Positions 40,425 to 53,372 of a stretch of DNA of 64,000 nucleotides are shown one piece after another (the first letter of the stretch is position 1; each line of letters starts with the position of its first letter). A program made the position numbers and the translations under genes. The notes under the pieces were generated by a model that saw only the letters and a list, made by a program, of their open reading frames with translations, was not told where the DNA came from and made no database searches. Source of the stretch: Selaginella moellendorffii (lineage: Eukaryota > Plantae > Lycopodiophyta); the NCBI RefSeq assembly GCF_000143415.4, contig NW_003314275.1:2461419-2525418 (forward strand). Reading direction: 5' to 3'.

Positions 40425-41228
40425 TCAACTTCCCTCTAATGAGTCGGGAGTACCAGAAATATCCATCGGGACCGGAGCAGTAGGTTCAGGAGTATGCCCC
40501 GAAGACTCAAGATGGGATTCCTGAGTCTGGGACGGAAAAACAACGGCGCAGCGACTTTCCTGACAACGTTCAAAGAGACGATTGTCACATCGAACAGCTT
40601 TGTTGATGGCGTCCGACAGGTCCTTGGGATCCTCCATGGTGAATAACAAATCCTTGACACCGTTGTTAAGGCCGAAATGAAATTGGTCAATTAGAGCTCG
40701 CTCATCCCACTGAGTGTCCAAGGCAAGGAGTTGGAACTCTGCAGCGTAGATCGAGGTAGGACGAGACCCCTGAGAGAGACGTCTCATCTTTGTGGTAGCA
40801 GCCCGAACCTGATCCGTCTCGCCAAAACATGCTTCGAGCTTCTCTTTGAACAATTGAAGATCCATTAGCTCCGGAACCATGACCCCTTTCATGCTCTTCT
40901 CCAGAAGAGGAGAAAACCATGACAAAGTTGCACCTTCGAGCAACGTCCCAATCGCGCCGATTTGAGACTCGGGAGTGGGGTACCACCGATGTTGAAGTGC
41001 AAAGATCAGCTCCATTTGGTTCAGAAATCCGTGAAGCTCCGAACGCTTGCCTGAAAATTTTGCCAGGAAACTCACCTTTAGTTCAGGAACTTTGTTGGAT
41101 CCTTGAGCCGAAAGTGAAGCAAGCTCCTGTTGCATGCAAAGAAGGGTCGCCTTCAGCTCGGTATTCTCATACTGGATTTTTGCAAGGACTTCGGCAAAGA
41201 AATCAGGATGGCTTGGAGACTCCATCGG
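40425..41228 (-). pseudogene. gag: Retrotransposon gag (sushi/PEG10-like capsid), frameshifted near its C-terminus
   Basis: KFSGKRSELHGFLNQMELIF...LLEGATLSWF...LSQGSRPTSIYAAEF...DQFHFGLNNGVKD. Confidence 0.85.
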
Positions 41229-41304
41229 CAAGAAGAAAGAAAAAAAAGGGAAAAAAGACAAAGGCAATCAAACAATCGAAACGAGCTAAAGCAAAAGCAA
41301 AAAG

Positions 41305-41319
41305 CACAATCTGAATCAA
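41305..41319 (-). promoter_or_regulatory. Self-priming PBS, complementary to the 5' end of the element's own transcript (41411-41425)
   Basis: Perfect 15-bp inverted repeat cacaatctgaatcaa / ttgattcagattgtg; TATA-like tatatata at 41448-41455; no TGG tRNA-type PBS. Confidence 0.85.
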
Positions 41320-42839
41320 ACTGTCAAGACCCCCAACAAGATCAAGACTAGAAAATGCAAAAGACAAAGAGAAAAGCTAGTGGAAACAAAAAAAAAGCCT
41401 TAGATTAGCATTGATTCAGATTGTGGAGAAATGGAACAAGGCTAACCTATATATACTATAGGTTGATGAAGCTCCACCACTCTTGGATCGAGGACGGCCT
41501 AAATATAACTGAGGTTGAGGAGGCGCCACATCAATATCAAGAATGTGGCTCGAGACTCAGGAATCGTATAGGAAATCAGAAAGTCAGGAATAGGGAAGTG
41601 TCTCGAGAATCAGGATGCAAGTCAGGAATCCGACAAAAGTCAGGAATGTGGCAAGAATTGGGGGATTCCTGACACCCTTCACCTCCACCAATGTGAGTGC
41701 TTGGAATATGGAAAAAGAATATAGAAATGTGCATATTAATTAGCCCAAAAACCCTAGCTTATATATAGGAGCGAATGGTCTGGATTGAAACCAATCCGAC
41801 GGCTACCAAAATCCCACTAAGCTAATATTCATATACGGCATTGTAGCCATACACTTGGCCCTCACAAAAGTAATAAAATACTTTAATTTTTAATTTATTT
41901 TAAAAATTATAAGTTAAATTTTTAGTTTAATATAAAATGATGGTCACATGAAGAACAACAATATTTTCTAAATTTTGTAATATAATTCTTGTTTGCATCC
42001 TTTTTAAAAATATATATACTTTTTAATCAGTTTTGATATAAAATACACAATCTTGTAAATACACGTAATAACTTCTGGAGACAATTGCTTTAGGCTTTCA
42101 CCCTTGGATTTAATCTCGGTCTTAGTCTCAGTCTTGGTCTTGGCCTCAGTCTTGGTCTCAATTTTGGTCTCGATCTTGGATTTGAATTTGAACTCAGACT
42201 CCCTCTCAGACCTAGTCTCAACCTCCATCTCTCAGACTTGATCTTGGACTTGATTTTAGACTCAATATCAAACTTGAAATCAATCCTAAACTCAATCTCA
42301 GACTAGGTCTCAAACTTGGTTTTGACACTTTTATATTTTATGACATTTGCCATGTGTTACTTATTTTTGTATCTTGTTTTAAAGATTTGTTTCATCGATC
42401 ACTTTGTGTTTGTTCCATGAACACTTTTTTGGGAATTCCACTCCCACTCTCAACTTTCTAAGTTAGAACTTTTAATTCAAATGTATTACATTAGTTGAAC
42501 TTCCACTTTATCCATTGTCACATGACACACTTTCAATTTTGGTGCTTAGGGATTTGTGTTTTACTGATCAAAACATGATTCCTGAAATGTAATCAATACC
42601 ACACACACCTTGATTGCTGCCACAAACAGCCAAATGCAAATTCCTAGCTTTTGATATGACTTGCAAAGTGCTCAAAGTGATCTTTGGTCCCATATCCACA
42701 AGGAGGCAATGGAAAGGTTTCATTTGCCTTGGAATCCCAATGGAAAACCAAATAAGTGGTTGGAACCATTCCAAACATTAAAGGAAAATAAAAAAACAAG
42801 TATTAAATAAACAAATAAATCAATTAATCAAACATTAAG

Positions 42840-43460
42840 CCATGGAGCTTGTTGAGTTAAGAGACTGATCATGAAGAATTTTCAATCTGGGTTGTATGCA
42901 AAAGACAGGATCATAATCCAGCTGCAAATTTCTTGGGGAATCACACCTTGTGAATTGGTTCCCACTATATCTGAGGTATGTGGAATTCAAGCTTTTTTAC
43001 TGGAATGTTGCCACTCAACTTGTTGGATATGACAAAGGAGAACAAACTTGTCAACTTCATCAGCTCAAGCAGGCCTGTGAGATTGTTTTGTGCAAAGTTG
43101 ACCACTTTGAGGTATAAGCAGTTCGCTAGCCTTGAGCTGATCTCTCTGTGGAACTTGTTCACAGAGATCCACGTAAGGCAGGTGCACCAAAAGTTGGCAC
43201 CTTGCTCTGTATCGAGTTTCCATGGAGGTTGAGATAACCAAGGTTTGTGCACTTATCCAGTGGAGGAACTTCATTGCTGAGTTTGTTGTCACTCAAGTCA
43301 AATATCTCTAGACGATCCAGCTGACTAAATCCTCTTCGAATGCTACCTGATATATTGTTATAGTTGAGATGCAATCGCTGGAGAGTCTTCATCTATGTGA
43401 TCGAATGTGGAATGGGCTTCCTTTTCCAGCTACTCAAGCTCATATGGGTATGTAATTATC
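42840..43460 (-). pseudogene. LRR receptor-like gene fragment, second copy
   Basis: ORFs 43159-43392 and 42965-43252 are near-identical to the first copy. Confidence 0.85.
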
Positions 43461-43549
43461 CTTTTTTTCTGCCATCAAACATCTTCTGTCTTGGGGAATT
43501 GCAAGCTTGGCAAGGCCGCCTTGGGAGAGAACGTCAAGACACAGATCGT

Positions 43550-44531
43550 ATCTTCAACTTGAGCTCTTCAAGCTCTACGAATTCGGTAAGCTTAAACTCT
43601 CGTATTGCAGTTGTTTGTTGATTTTTCTTGTTTGTATATAGAGGCCTGCATTTCTGTAGACGAGTGAGAGAAGCACGATCTTTCTGCCGAGGTAGTGTCT
43701 CGCGGAAGTTGCAGATGGAAACTTTTTCAATTTTTGTGTAGTTGAATCCGTGCCCCAAAGGATCTCGAGTCCATCGTGCGTTTGTGAAATCGTCTGGAGG
43801 CAAAGAGCAGTAAGTGATACACTCTTGTCTGTAAAAAATTCTCATCGAATATGACAGGTTTCCATTTCTCTTGGATCCAAACACCGGCGTGTCAATGTAC
43901 GAGAGCTGTGAGTAACTTTCTCGTTTTCTTTCCATCACAATCAGCTTGCATGAATGCCTCTGGCAGCCGATATTGTCAACTACTTGTTCCAGGAATATGG
44001 TGAGAGAAGCAAGCCAACATTCGGGATTTTAGAAAGGTAAGAAGTTTTATTGAAGTGTAAACTCTTCGGTATTTCATCATAGTGTGTTCCAGCAATTTAG
44101 TCACTGGCTGGGTGCCGACAATAATACGAGCAGGGGGAGGCATGTCACTGTGGAATGGAGCATTGCCAAATCCTCCACAGAAGCTACTTGAGCTCTACTC
44201 GAACAACCATGTAAAGCGCTTTGTTTTCAAAGAATTCTAAAAGTTTTTGGTAGTTTGCAAGGCTCGTAAGAGAAGCCCTGTGCGAGCTGGAACTTCCTTA
44301 CATCCTCTGGAACACGGGCAAAGGGTCACTTAATTGCTCCAAGCTCAAGTAATCTCGGGTTCAACACAGGTAACCTTTTGGTCTATCTTTTCCCTTCATT
44401 ATCATTGTCAAGAACAGGTTCCACTGGTTGATCCCAACACTGGCATACAAATAGTCCCCTATCTCTTCGCTAACTATAATTCGAACCGATGCAGATTTTC
44501 CTATCAGCTATCATCATGTTCACTCCATTGA
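43550..44531 (+). pseudogene. GST2N/At4g10000-like pseudogene, second copy
   Basis: Introns 43586-43641, 43692-43741, 43810-43857, 43908-43966, 44037-44092, 44211-44253, 44370-44417 (all GT..AG); extra frameshift at ~44350. Confidence 0.88.
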
Positions 44532-45074
44532 GTGGTACTAATAGTGTATCGCGCTTTTCTCCCAAGAACAGGGAAATGGCAGTTGCTACCATCAGCAAAC
44601 GGAGGTACCAGCTAAACAGCAGTGTTCCCACAACTATGGACTGGTTGGCTTTCTAGAACGTGTACGGGTGATCTGTACTAGAGAGAGAAAGAGTTTAGGG
44701 TAGGCATTCTTTTTGTACCCCATTTTCAAGAAATGAGGCATTTGGCGCATCACCTGGTCGCTTTTCTGCTACCGCCGGGAACGAGCTCAAGGTTGGGAGG
44801 TATGGGTCATGATGTGGGGATCGTTCGTGATTTGGGGTCGTGTCCTTCTTGGTAGGAAGAGAGGAAATTCTGCTTCGCATGCATCCAGGATGTCCCTGGG
44901 GGGAGGGTGTGATGTCCTGGACTGAGAAAACCCAAAACGATGGCTGGGACAGCAGTGCTTGGGCAGAATTTGAGAGCTTTGGATGTGGCTATCATCCCTG
45001 GACACATTGATGAAAGGAAAGTGTTAGGTCTTTCTTTCTTGACTTCTCGACTCACTGACCAAACTTTTTGTGAC

Positions 45075-45350
45075 GAGGTTTGAAGTTCTGGAGAGCAAGG
45101 ACGAGCTTGATCTCATTGGACAACAACCACCAGAACCGCTGCGGCAGTTTAAGTCTTATATTCGTAAATTCGTCCTGTGTGGCGACTTGATACGGCTGTG
45201 CATCACTTTGCCAAGTTCCAGCCTTCTTGGATTGGTCCTTATCAGGTACTTTCTCGTGCTGGCACTAATTCGTATTGGCTAGCAGAGTTGAGGGGCAGGA
45301 AACCACTGAAGCCAATCAATGGAGTTCATCTCAAACGGTATTTCTTTTGA
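45075..45350 (+). pseudogene. Gypsy integrase C-terminal remnant, second copy
   Basis: KFQPSWIGPYQVLSRAGTNSYWLAEL...INGVHLKRYFF*. Confidence 0.8.
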
Positions 45351-47399
45351 CTGGTACAGTTCACGTTTCGTTTCTATTCTTTTAATGCTGTGAGTGTCTT
45401 TGCGAGAACTATTTTGTTACTCACAGGCCCGAACCTGATTCGGGAGCAGGACACTGTCTCCTGGGATAAGTTCTGTCCCATTCGCGATGCGGAGACAGCT
45501 TGTTGAGGGGCACGATCCTGTGGTACGTAATGCTTCTCTCTCCCCTGTCTCTTGAGGTTTCCGATCGTCACAGTTCTGAGGTGCATTCTTTGTCTCAAAT
45601 CGCTGAGAATGTTAGTCTGCATTTCCTTGCTTTCTGTCATAACTGTTACATTTGAACTGCTTTCTATGTTTTCTTGTTCCGTGGTCTCGTTCGTCTAGTT
45701 GTGGCCTGTCGATAACAATCTTTCACTGGGGATGGCCACAGCGCTTGGTCTCTCTGGCGTTGGAAAGTTTCATGGCGGTTGGTTCTCGTTGACAGTTGGC
45801 CAAGTCGCTTGGTCCTTTCGGCTTGTCAATCGACTGCCTACGACGGGCTGCTTCAAGGATGGATGAGACACGAGAAATTCATGTGTGATGCCTTTCTGTG
45901 CTTATTGTCTTTCTTTCATACCATTGCCTCGGAGCTTGAACATCGATGCTACCTCAGAATCTTTGACTTTGGACCTCCAATCACTTGGGATTGAGACTCA
46001 TTCGCCCCTTGAGAGTTGCACACCATCAACACTGAATCTCTTAGTATCTGCGCACTTGGGACGTGCTTTCCCCAGTGAGTCGCCAAATACGAAACGTACA
46101 GGAGAGTGTTATAAGAGGGTAGACATTCTTTGGATGATGTTAGTGCATAGGTCATGAAGGGAACCGCCATGGAGATGTGCTCCAGGTCGAGATAGCTTCG
46201 TGTCGGCTGGATATGCAGTGGAATGACTCCAGCAGTTGGTTTTGCAACAAGCCTGGAGAATCTTTTTGTGGTTGAAGAATATATTTGTAATGAAGAGCAA
46301 GAGTCCAAATCTGCATCATTTATGACAAAAAATCAATTATAATAGAATTTGATTACAAGCAAAATGGTGAGGAAGAAAAAGAATAGAAGTCCTAACTAAA
46401 TTAAAAACTGATGAACGATTAACCCGAATTTATGGATATTGATGGACAAGACAATATATTATTTTTGTATTAAATTTTTTCATTTGTATAAACTCAAGTT
46501 GTATAAACTATAACTTAAAAATACTTATAAATAAACTTTCCTTTTATTAAGTTTCCCATCTAATTCATTTAACTCTAAAATTCATTGAGTTAAATTAAAT
46601 TTTAGCATTATTTTTTATCTTCTATATTTTATAAAATACATTTAAAACTCAGAAGTGGTGTAAAATACAATTTAATATGTAAACACATACTAGGCAATTG
46701 CTACAAGGCACAAAACAAAAATCCTCAGTTTATATTAACCAAATAAATAGGTCATTTATAAATAGTTAACATATAACTTAATAAACTAATAAATAAAATT
46801 TATAAATATTTTTTTAAGTTTTTTAATAAGATATTTGTAAATTTTATAACTAAATCTGATCTACATTCCATTCAAATATATCATATCAATAAATATTTTC
46901 GTAACACTATTTTGTATTGTCTTAAGTTGAATGCATCTATATTCGTAGATACAAATATTAGTTTTTTAGCACCTGATTATTTAGACATTTCATTAAATAT
47001 CCAAATACTAATTCAAACACTTTAAAAAGGAGCTTCAAGTCACCAAGGGTAGTAATATGCTTTTTGCAAGCTAGGAATAATAGAGATTGTATTGTCACAC
47101 TTTGAGATCATGAAATGCAAGGATTCTATTTAGAGGAAGAAGTCCTTTGAATTTAATAACATATTTATTAACCATCATGAGATTTGATAGCTTGTAGGGA
47201 TAATATTCCAAATTATCCAAGTTTTTTCTTTTTTTTTTGCGAACTTATACACCAAATTCACACTTGCAAAACAATGCTTTTGCACACAAAAAAAATCATT
47301 TGTGATATACCTTATGATGTCAATAGAACTATCATACCTAGGCAAAATGCATACTACATACTCACTATCATGAAATTTGTTATATATGTTTTTATAAAA

Positions 47400-48356
47400 T
47401 GCATAATAAGTCCATGTAGCATACATGGTTTTCACTCTTTATTCTATAATGATTTACTATAAGATAATCACGAAGTGAAACCTAAACTCTCCATGTGCCA
47501 CATGCCACATGCCACATGTCCAATGGACAATAGAGTGGAGCTTGAGTTTCAAGGCCTTGGGCCACTGAATGAACATACGGAGCCAAACTCCCAAACTTGC
47601 AGCCAAGGAACAAAAGAACTGGAGTATGGTGTGACTTTTGAGCATTCGGCTTAAAGAGTGAAGGGATAGAAGCATTGAGCGATGTAAGAACAATTTTAGA
47701 GTATCTAACATCCTAATGCCAAGACTAGCATCCAAAATAAAGCTAAACGGAGTTTGAAGTTATTTCAAAATACCGGTGGCTTAATGCGAGGATATGGGTA
47801 TTTCACCAATTATTATAGTATGGAACTTAGGCTTAGACTCAAACTGGATGCAAATAGGAGCTAGACTATGCCTCAAATTGGTTGGCCATACCTGACCTAC
47901 CCACTATTTTTACTATACATTTAGAACCCTTGATAACCCCCCTTCCTTGAGGAACACACACTTTGGGCTTTCACCCTTAGCCACCCTTAGTACCAAGAGT
48001 TAGTCTTTGGAACTAACTTGAAACTTACTAAATATGGAATATCTCTAGATTGCAAATTTGGACATGGGACCAACACCATTGTGGTCAAGACAACCTCTAT
48101 ATTTTGTAAATATGCCAAATGAGCAAATTTAGACACTTTCATAAATAGCATTTGGAATCGAATAATACTAACATAAGGTGTATAATAGCAAGGGTGTTTG
48201 GTAGACATAGTAAACTATCATCTAGCAAATATTAAAGGACCAAGCTCAATATCACGAGGGTTCCCAACACTAGCAAGTGCAAGTCAATGAATGAGTTTCT
48301 CTAACCAGATCAAGTATGCTTGATTAATAGCACTTAGAAATACCTCTTGTCGTCAT
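47400..48356 (-). repeat. LTR family A copy (partial), interrupted by a solo LTR
   Basis: Colinear with 52250-53310 and 14870-15690; start approximate. Confidence 0.7.
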
Positions 48357-48361
48357 GGTAG

Positions 48362-49507
48362 TGTAAGGAACCAACTCCCTAAGGTGTCGTAGGCTAAAGG
48401 ATCCCCGAGAGCATGACTGAAATGACAAAGAGTTCATCGGATAGGACTGAGTCTGAGATCGAGTCCAAGACCGACTCTAAGACCGAGTCCGAGATAGAGT
48501 CCGGGATCGAGTTCGAGGCTAACTCGGAGACCGAATTTGAGACCGAGTTTGAGACAGAGTCCGAGATCCGAGATCGAGTCTGAGGTCAAGTCCGAAGTCG
48601 AGTCTGAGATCGGGTCCAAGATTGAGTCCGAAATCGAGTCCAAGACCGAGTCTGAAGTCGGGTCCGAGATCGGGTCCAAGATCGAGTCCGAGATCGAGTT
48701 CGAGACCGAGTCCGAGTACTAATACAGGTCAAGGGGTGAAAGCCCAAAGCGTGCATTTCCCGGGGGTGGGGGTTGCAGAGGGTTCCAAAAGTATAGTAGG
48801 GATAGTGAGGTCTAGGAACCAGTCTTGAAGGAACTCTCCAATGGTGCTTCCAAACTGACTTGAGGTTAAGACTGGGGCCGAGGGGCCTTGGGTGGGAGTG
48901 AGCATGGACTCGGGTGGTGCCGGAGGGGCCACCCAAGGAAGTGCTCAAGAGCAGCTCCCACTCCCGAAAGGGAAACCAACTGAAGTGCTCTTGGCTCATG
49001 TGGATTGGTGCCCCACTTGAGTACCTTGTGGCTCATTGGTCTTCACCCTTCCTAGGGGCTTGGGCCTTCCTTTTGGGATAGAAGTGGGGGGGTAGAGGTA
49101 CCTATATTGGGCCATTAGGCCACGGTGTTTCGCCTCAGTGTCCCGAAGCAAGTGTTGCACCCAAGGCTTGGGATGTAAAGGGTCCCATGATCAAGTTTTG
49201 TTGTACCAAGGGATGTTAAGAACCTAGAAGCTTGGTGTGCTTGGCTACTTGTGCCTGCGGGGAGTGTAGCCGAACCTTAAGTCTAATTTAACCCGGGGAG
49301 GGGGATTGGGAGAGATTTAGGAATCCATAGATGGATGGGTAACGCTCTGTTGCTCGTGCAGTGAGTAGCTGAAACCAAGTAGGGCTAAATAGGAGCTGGT
49401 ACAATAGGCGGAAACTTTGGCGAGGGAACTTAGTAAAAGCCAAGGTAGTGTTGGTCGGATAGACGAGGTAAGTTGGCAAATTGGAAAGAAAAAATTTGTG
49501 GCTTACA
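48362..49507 (+). mobile_element. Solo LTR (1146 bp) with GAGTCC/GAGATC array
   Basis: TGTAAG...CTTACA termini; TSD GGTAG (48357-48361, 49508-49512); host LTR-A sequence resumes after it (taaagaaagaa). Confidence 0.85.
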
Positions 49508-49523
49508 GGTAGTAAAGAAAGAA

Positions 49524-51082
49524 CAAGAGGCTATGGATGAGGGATCCTTGCATGAGGAGGACTCTAGTGAGGGAACTTCCAAACAAGAGTCCGGTGCGAG
49601 GTTCGGTCGTCCAAGGCTCGATTGGACGTTCTAGAAGGACAATTGGCACAAACCAATGCCCTGCTAGAGACTCTCGTACGCAAGCTAAAGCATGACGAGA
49701 AGCAGAAGAAAAAGCGAAAGACTGCAGATGCTAGCAGCGCAGAAGGTGTGGACCCTTCGGTAAGGACTGAGGCAGAATCAAACAAGGTTGAACAGACTGA
49801 AGTGGAATCAGTCCCTTAGGCAGTTCCCAAGTACAAACCAAAGCCCCCACCGGTCTTGAAGGGAGTGAATGACTATAAGGTGGTGGAGGAATGGTTTTAT
49901 GATATAAAAGACTACTTCCGAGTGTTGCAGTTACCGAGCTCGGAGAAGGTCCCATGTGCAAAACCATACTTGGCAGATAATGCCAAGTCTTGGTAGAGAA
50001 CAACGGAGGCCAACGAAGGACTGGTGGCCACTTGGGAAATGATAAAGGCAAGGATCTGCGTGACATATGTTCCTCTGAATGCTACTCTATACCTAAGGGA
50101 TAAGCTAAGTAGGCTGAAGCAAACCAGAACCATTCAAGAGTATGTAAATGGATTTATGACAAAGAGGATACTAGTCACGGATATGGGTGATATGGACACA
50201 TTCCATGCCTTCATATTAGGCTTGCAAACCTAGGCTCGCGGCGAGGTGATGCATTGGAACTCGACCAATTACAAAGAAGCATTGGATGCGGCTATCAAGG
50301 TGCATTTCAACGATAACCTGCAAAAGAGGAACATGACGGGGTCGGGGTCCATGTTTAGCAAAGGGGCCAAACCAAGGGGAATATATAGCAAAGGGAAATT
50401 CAAGAAGAGTTTCTCTAAGAAGGAGTCCTCGGGGTTCCGGAAAAGCAGATCTGGTGGCCAGCGAGCGAGTACGTGGGGGAGTCAAGCAAAAAGAGACAAA
50501 CCCACGGATAAAAAGGGCAAGTCGATTAGTAGCATGGGAAACAATGTATGCTACAACTGCGGTGAAGTGAGACACTTCTCGAGGGAATGTCCCTACTTGA
50601 AGAAGGCCAAAGCCAATATGGCTATTAAGTCAGGTGAAATCCAAACTGAGGTATGTGATTCAGTCCCTAGCTCAAAGTTACTCATTATATGAGCAACTTT
50701 GGTAGAGAGTCGTTCGCGACATCTACTAGCCCTCCGAGGGAAGCTCGGAGGTAGCTTTGTTAAGATCCTTATTGACACGGGTACTTCGGATAATTTTGTG
50801 GCTGCAGACATAGTTTGGCAAGCTGGACTAACGGTGCAACGGCTAGGCGAACCAAGAACTATAAAGTTTGTTCAAGGCAGCCAAAGCACTGATGAGGTAC
50901 TTCGACAAGCGAGAGTCGAAGTAGGGACATGGAAAGTAGACATGGATTTCACCGTGTTGGACATGGTGGGATTTGACGTAATCTTCGGGATGGATTGGTT
51001 TAATCGGTTTGTGATAACCCTGCATGGACAAGATAGGAACCTTGTGGTACTAGCCAATGCCCAAGGAAGACTAGCCTCCTGA
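49524..51082 (+). pseudogene. Truncated Gypsy gag-protease remnant
   Basis: LRDKLSRLKQTRTIQEYV..F; CYNCGEVRHFSREC knuckle; ILIDTGTSDNF and FDVIFGMDW protease; stops present; ends before RT. Confidence 0.85.
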
Positions 51083-52199
51083 TAAGAGTTGTATCACCAT
51101 GTTTGTGTATAAGTGATATAATCTTAACAATTGCTCAATGTGGCCATCTTCCAATTGCTATCATATTATTCCATATGTGTAATAACTCTGGCCCAATCCA
51201 ATCCTAATGTTTTTAATTCAAGTGTTTGTTTTAAATAGCTATTAATAATATTTCATTATCTTGTGCATTTTTTGGGGGCTTATGTGCATCATATCATAAT
51301 CATCCATAAAAGAGATGTATTGACTTGTAAAATTCCTTATAGAACAAGTTTTCACTAATAAACCATTTTAAATATCTAAATTTAATTAATGCCTCCATTT
51401 TTTCTGCTTCTAAAGTAAACAATTACTCCTTTATTTTTGATAGTTAGGTTTAAAATGTAGAACTTTTTTGTTGTTGCTTGATCAATATTTTGATAGCTTT
51501 TATATCCCTTTTAATGACTTATATTTTATTAGATCTTCTCCTTCACTTAGTCTATGTTTTTTTCATGGAGCTCACTGGTTATTTTAACCATGAATTTTTT
51601 AACTTCCTAGCTTTCTTTTATACAATAATTAGTGTATGTGTTTTCAAAGTGTTTTTGTGATAATGTAGGCTTCTTGATTCCACATCTTTAAGGATTAATA
51701 TTGTTAACAAAACAGTGATCCAAGAAGTCTTTATACTCTATAGCAATATTTAGTTTCTCATTATTATGACATAAATTTGGTGACAAATAAAAATGTTTTA
51801 TTTGTCTTTGATAAAATTAAAATCTCCGATAACAATCAATGTTGAAGGTTACAAAGGGAGCTCGTTTAAGATCTCTTGAAAAAAACAACCCCTCTCTAAT
51901 GAATAACTTACCAATGCATATACATTTAGAGAGCATTAGTCATATATTTGATTTTAAATTAAACACATTACACTTGATCCCAGAATCAATATTATGTCTA
52001 TTATAAAGTAACTCCCACAAACTTTAACCACTACTAGCATCCCCCTACTACATCCTATTGTCAAGTTCCAAAAGTTTTTTTTTTTTGCAAACTTATACAT
52101 TAAATTCACACTTGAAAGACAATGCTTTTGCACACATAAAAAATCATTTGTGATATTCCTTATGATGTCAATAGAACTATCATACCTAGGCAAAATGCG

Positions 52200-53372
52200 C
52201 ATACTACATACTCACTATCACGAAATTCATTATGCATGTTTTTGTAAAAGGCATGATATGGCACGTGGTTTTCACCCTTTATTTTATGGTGATTTACCAT
52301 AGGATAACCACAAAGTGGAATTTAAACCTTCCATATACCACATGTATCCAATGGACAACAAAGTGGAACTCAAGTTTTAAAGCCACTCATTGGGCCACTG
52401 AATGAAGATACGGAGCTAAACTCCCAAACTTGCAGCCAATGAGTGAAAGAATTGGAGTATGGTGTGATTTTTAAGCATTCAGCCCAAAAAGTGAAGAGAC
52501 AGGAGCATGGAGTGATGTAGGAACAGTTTTAGAGCATTTAACATTCTAATATCAAGACTAATATGGAAAACGGACCCAAATAAAGTTTGACACTATTTCA
52601 ATATACCAGTGGCCTAACGTAAAGATATGGGTATTTCACTAATTAGCATGGTATGGAATTTGGACTTAAACCCAAGTTGGATGCAGAACAAAGATACGCA
52701 TGCAAATAAAAGTTAAATTATGCCTTAAGTTAGTCGGCCATGCCTAACTTACCCACTATCCCTACTATATATTTGGAACCTTTGATAGCCCCCCCTTCTT
52801 GAGGAACATATACTTTGGGCTTTCAACTTTAACTACCCTTAGTACCAAGAGTTAGTCTCTAGAACTAACTTGAAATTTATTAAATATGGAATGTCTTTAG
52901 ATTGCAAATATGAATACGAGACCAATACTATTATGGTCAGAATAATCTCTACATTCTGTAGATATGCCAAATAAGTAGATTTAGACACTTTCTATAAATA
53001 GCATTTGGAACCGAATGGTACTAACAGAAGGCATATGATAGTGAGGGTGTTTGGCAGACACGGTAAACTATCATTTGGCAAATATTGAGGGACTAAGCAA
53101 AAATTTTACGAGGGTTCCCAACATTAGTAAGTGCAAGTCAATGAATGAGTTTCTCTAACCAAGTCAAGTATGTTTGACTAATAGCACTTAGGAATTCCAT
53201 CCTGATGCTCATCTGGTCAAGTTCATACGTAAAGACCAGTTTCTTAATTAGCTTAGGCGAAGACTGAAAAAAAAGGTTTAGCAATACTGCTTGCCGTCGT
53301 GGCAATAAAGAAAGAATATCCAAAAGAACTAGCCAATAAATAACTTTTAATACTTGAAGTCACTTTCACGAT
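52200..53372 (-). repeat. LTR family A copy
   Basis: Similar to 47350-48356, 59518-60295 and 60960-61308. Confidence 0.7.

Larger units (their letters stand above)
37149..41674 (-). mobile_element. Chromovirus (Tcn1/Tf1-sushi-like) Gypsy element, internally deleted (most of RT and RNase H lost)
   Basis: LTRs 37149-37509 and 41322-41674; TSD CCCTT (37144-37148, 41675-41679); gag 40425-41267; protease LLDSSAT; integrase plus chromodomain 37521-39104; deletion junction ~39170 relative to the copy at 56890-57900. Confidence 0.95.
30961..41866 (-). mobile_element. Older copy (b) of the short-LTR Gypsy family; internal tandem duplication and nested chromovirus
   Basis: LTRs 30961-31135 and 41692-41866 (many transitions); fragmented gag/pol at 31168-36888; flanks AACCA/AAAGT do not form a TSD. 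Confidence 0.9.
42070..47215 (-). repeat. Right (inverted) arm of the segmental duplication of 9090-14370
   Basis: Reverse-complement match throughout. Confidence 0.95.

Noticed and set aside
44648-44682. Helitron 3' end (CTAG with nearby hairpin) inside the cassette
   Set aside because: The hairpin abuts CTAG rather than lying ~10 nt upstream, it is partly deleted in the other copy, and there is no matching 5' TC / A-T target.
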